Below, in pieces: positions 62,780-64,000 of a DNA stretch of 64,000 bases (positions are counted from its first letter, which is position 1; the number at the start of each line of letters is the position of its first letter). The notes under the pieces were generated by a model. The model was not told the DNA's origin, made no database searches, and worked only from the letters and a program-made list of their open reading frames with translations. A program made the translations under genes and the position numbers. The stretch comes from Raja brachyura (Eukaryota), in the NCBI GenBank assembly GCA_963514005.1, contig OY740797.1, forward strand, positions 24,862,001 to 24,926,000, in the 5' to 3' direction.

Positions 62780-64000
62780 CTATACGTCCTAGGCTTTTCC
62801 TTGCATGAAAAACATGATGATCTGGGAACTTGGGGGCAATCAATGGAAGTGTCTTGAGGGCAATCGGTATTACGATAGAGGTGCTCAACGTCCTGACGTG
62901 TAAAAGGAAGATAAATCCTCCGGGCCTGATCAGATTTATCCGAGGGCACTGCGGGAAGCTAGAGAACAAATTGCAGGTGACCTGGCTGAGATATACGAGT
63001 AATCATTAAATATGGGTGATATGCCGGACGATTGCAGGGTGGCAATTGTGTTAGTAGGTGCTGGTTTAAAGCGAAGGTGGACACAAAATGCTGAAGTAAA
63101 TCAGCGGGACAGACAGCATATCTGGAGAGAAGGAATGAGTGACGTTATGGGTCGAGACCATTCTTCAGATGGTTTCGAGTGGAGGGCTCTGAATAGTGGT
63201 GTGCTCCAAGATCGGTGCTGGGCCTATTGCTGTTTGTGGCTTACTGTATATCAACGATTTGAATGAGAACATACAATGTTCTCATTCAAAGGATTAGTAA
63301 GATTAGAAACATAGAAACATAGAAAAATAGGTGCAGGAGTAGGCCATTCGGCCCTTCGAGCCTGCACCGCCATTCAATGTGATCATGGCTGATCATCCAA
63401 CTCAGTATCCCGTACCTGCCTTCTCTCCATACCCCCTCATCCCTTTAGCCACAAGTGCCACATCTAACGCCCTCATAAATGTAGCCAATGAACTGGCCTC
63501 AACTACCTTCTGTGGCAGAGAATTCCAGAGACGCACCACTCTCTGTGTAAAGAATGTTTTCCTCATCTCGGTCCTAAAGAAATCAATAGTAAACGACATA
63601 ACGCCAGGGAGCTTGTAGAGCAGAGGGGCCAAGGTGTGCTGGTTCATTACATAGTTCCTTGAGAGCGGTATCATAAGTAGACAAGATGGTTAAGAAGGCT
63701 TTCGGCACACAGGCCTTCATCAGTCAAGGTAATGAGTTTAGAATTTGGGATGCTATGTTACATCTGTGTAAGGAGCTGGGGAGCCGTTTTCCACGTGATA
63801 GTGGGGATATGAAATGAACTGCCAGATGAGATTATTGAGCCTGAAACTGCAACAACATTTAAAGGACATTTGAACAGGACATGGGTGGTTTTGGAGACCA
63901 AACGCGGGCAGATGTGATGAATGCAGATGGGCCACAGTGATCGGCACGATGCATTTCAGCCCCTCTGCCAAAATATCTCTGTGTAAAGAGCTTGCCGCAT
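62780..64000. mobile_element. CR1 fragments on both strands with an inserted Penelope terminus (about 63058-63170)
   Basis: KSSGPDQIYPRAL and FFTQRVVRLWNSLP, with a (tagaaaca)n tail. Confidence 0.8.

Overview
Eukaryotic, repeat-rich genomic DNA. HE1/V-SINEs, HER1-type CR1 LINEs with (TAGAAACA)n tails and Neptune-type Penelope elements point to a cartilaginous fish, probably a skate or ray (inference). Two multi-exon immunoglobulin-superfamily receptor genes lie tail-to-tail. Each has a leader exon, a germline-joined VJ-type V exon, a C1-set exon, a TM exon and cytoplasmic exons. Gene A (+, 10106 to about 15477) has an arginine in its transmembrane helix ([10 protein letters not shown]), the activating-receptor signature. 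Two orphan ITIM-bearing exons follow it, and one has a 1-nt frameshift just before an ITSM. Gene B (-, 56814 to 40142; six exons, 984 nt, 327 aa) has an uncharged TM and a tail with PTYADL (ITIM-like) and TTYAQV (ITSM), the inhibitory-receptor signature. Most of the rest is transposable-element DNA: CR1, Rex1/Babar, L1, Gypsy, Tc1, non-autonomous Helitrons, MITEs and SINEs. There is also a 1.8-kb palindromic Penelope insertion (GIY-YIG) whose ends carry minimal hammerhead-ribozyme motifs; the same motif recurs at about a dozen loci. Exon boundaries were read by hand from GT/AG sites and reading phase. TE boundaries are approximate unless a TSD or TIR is quoted.
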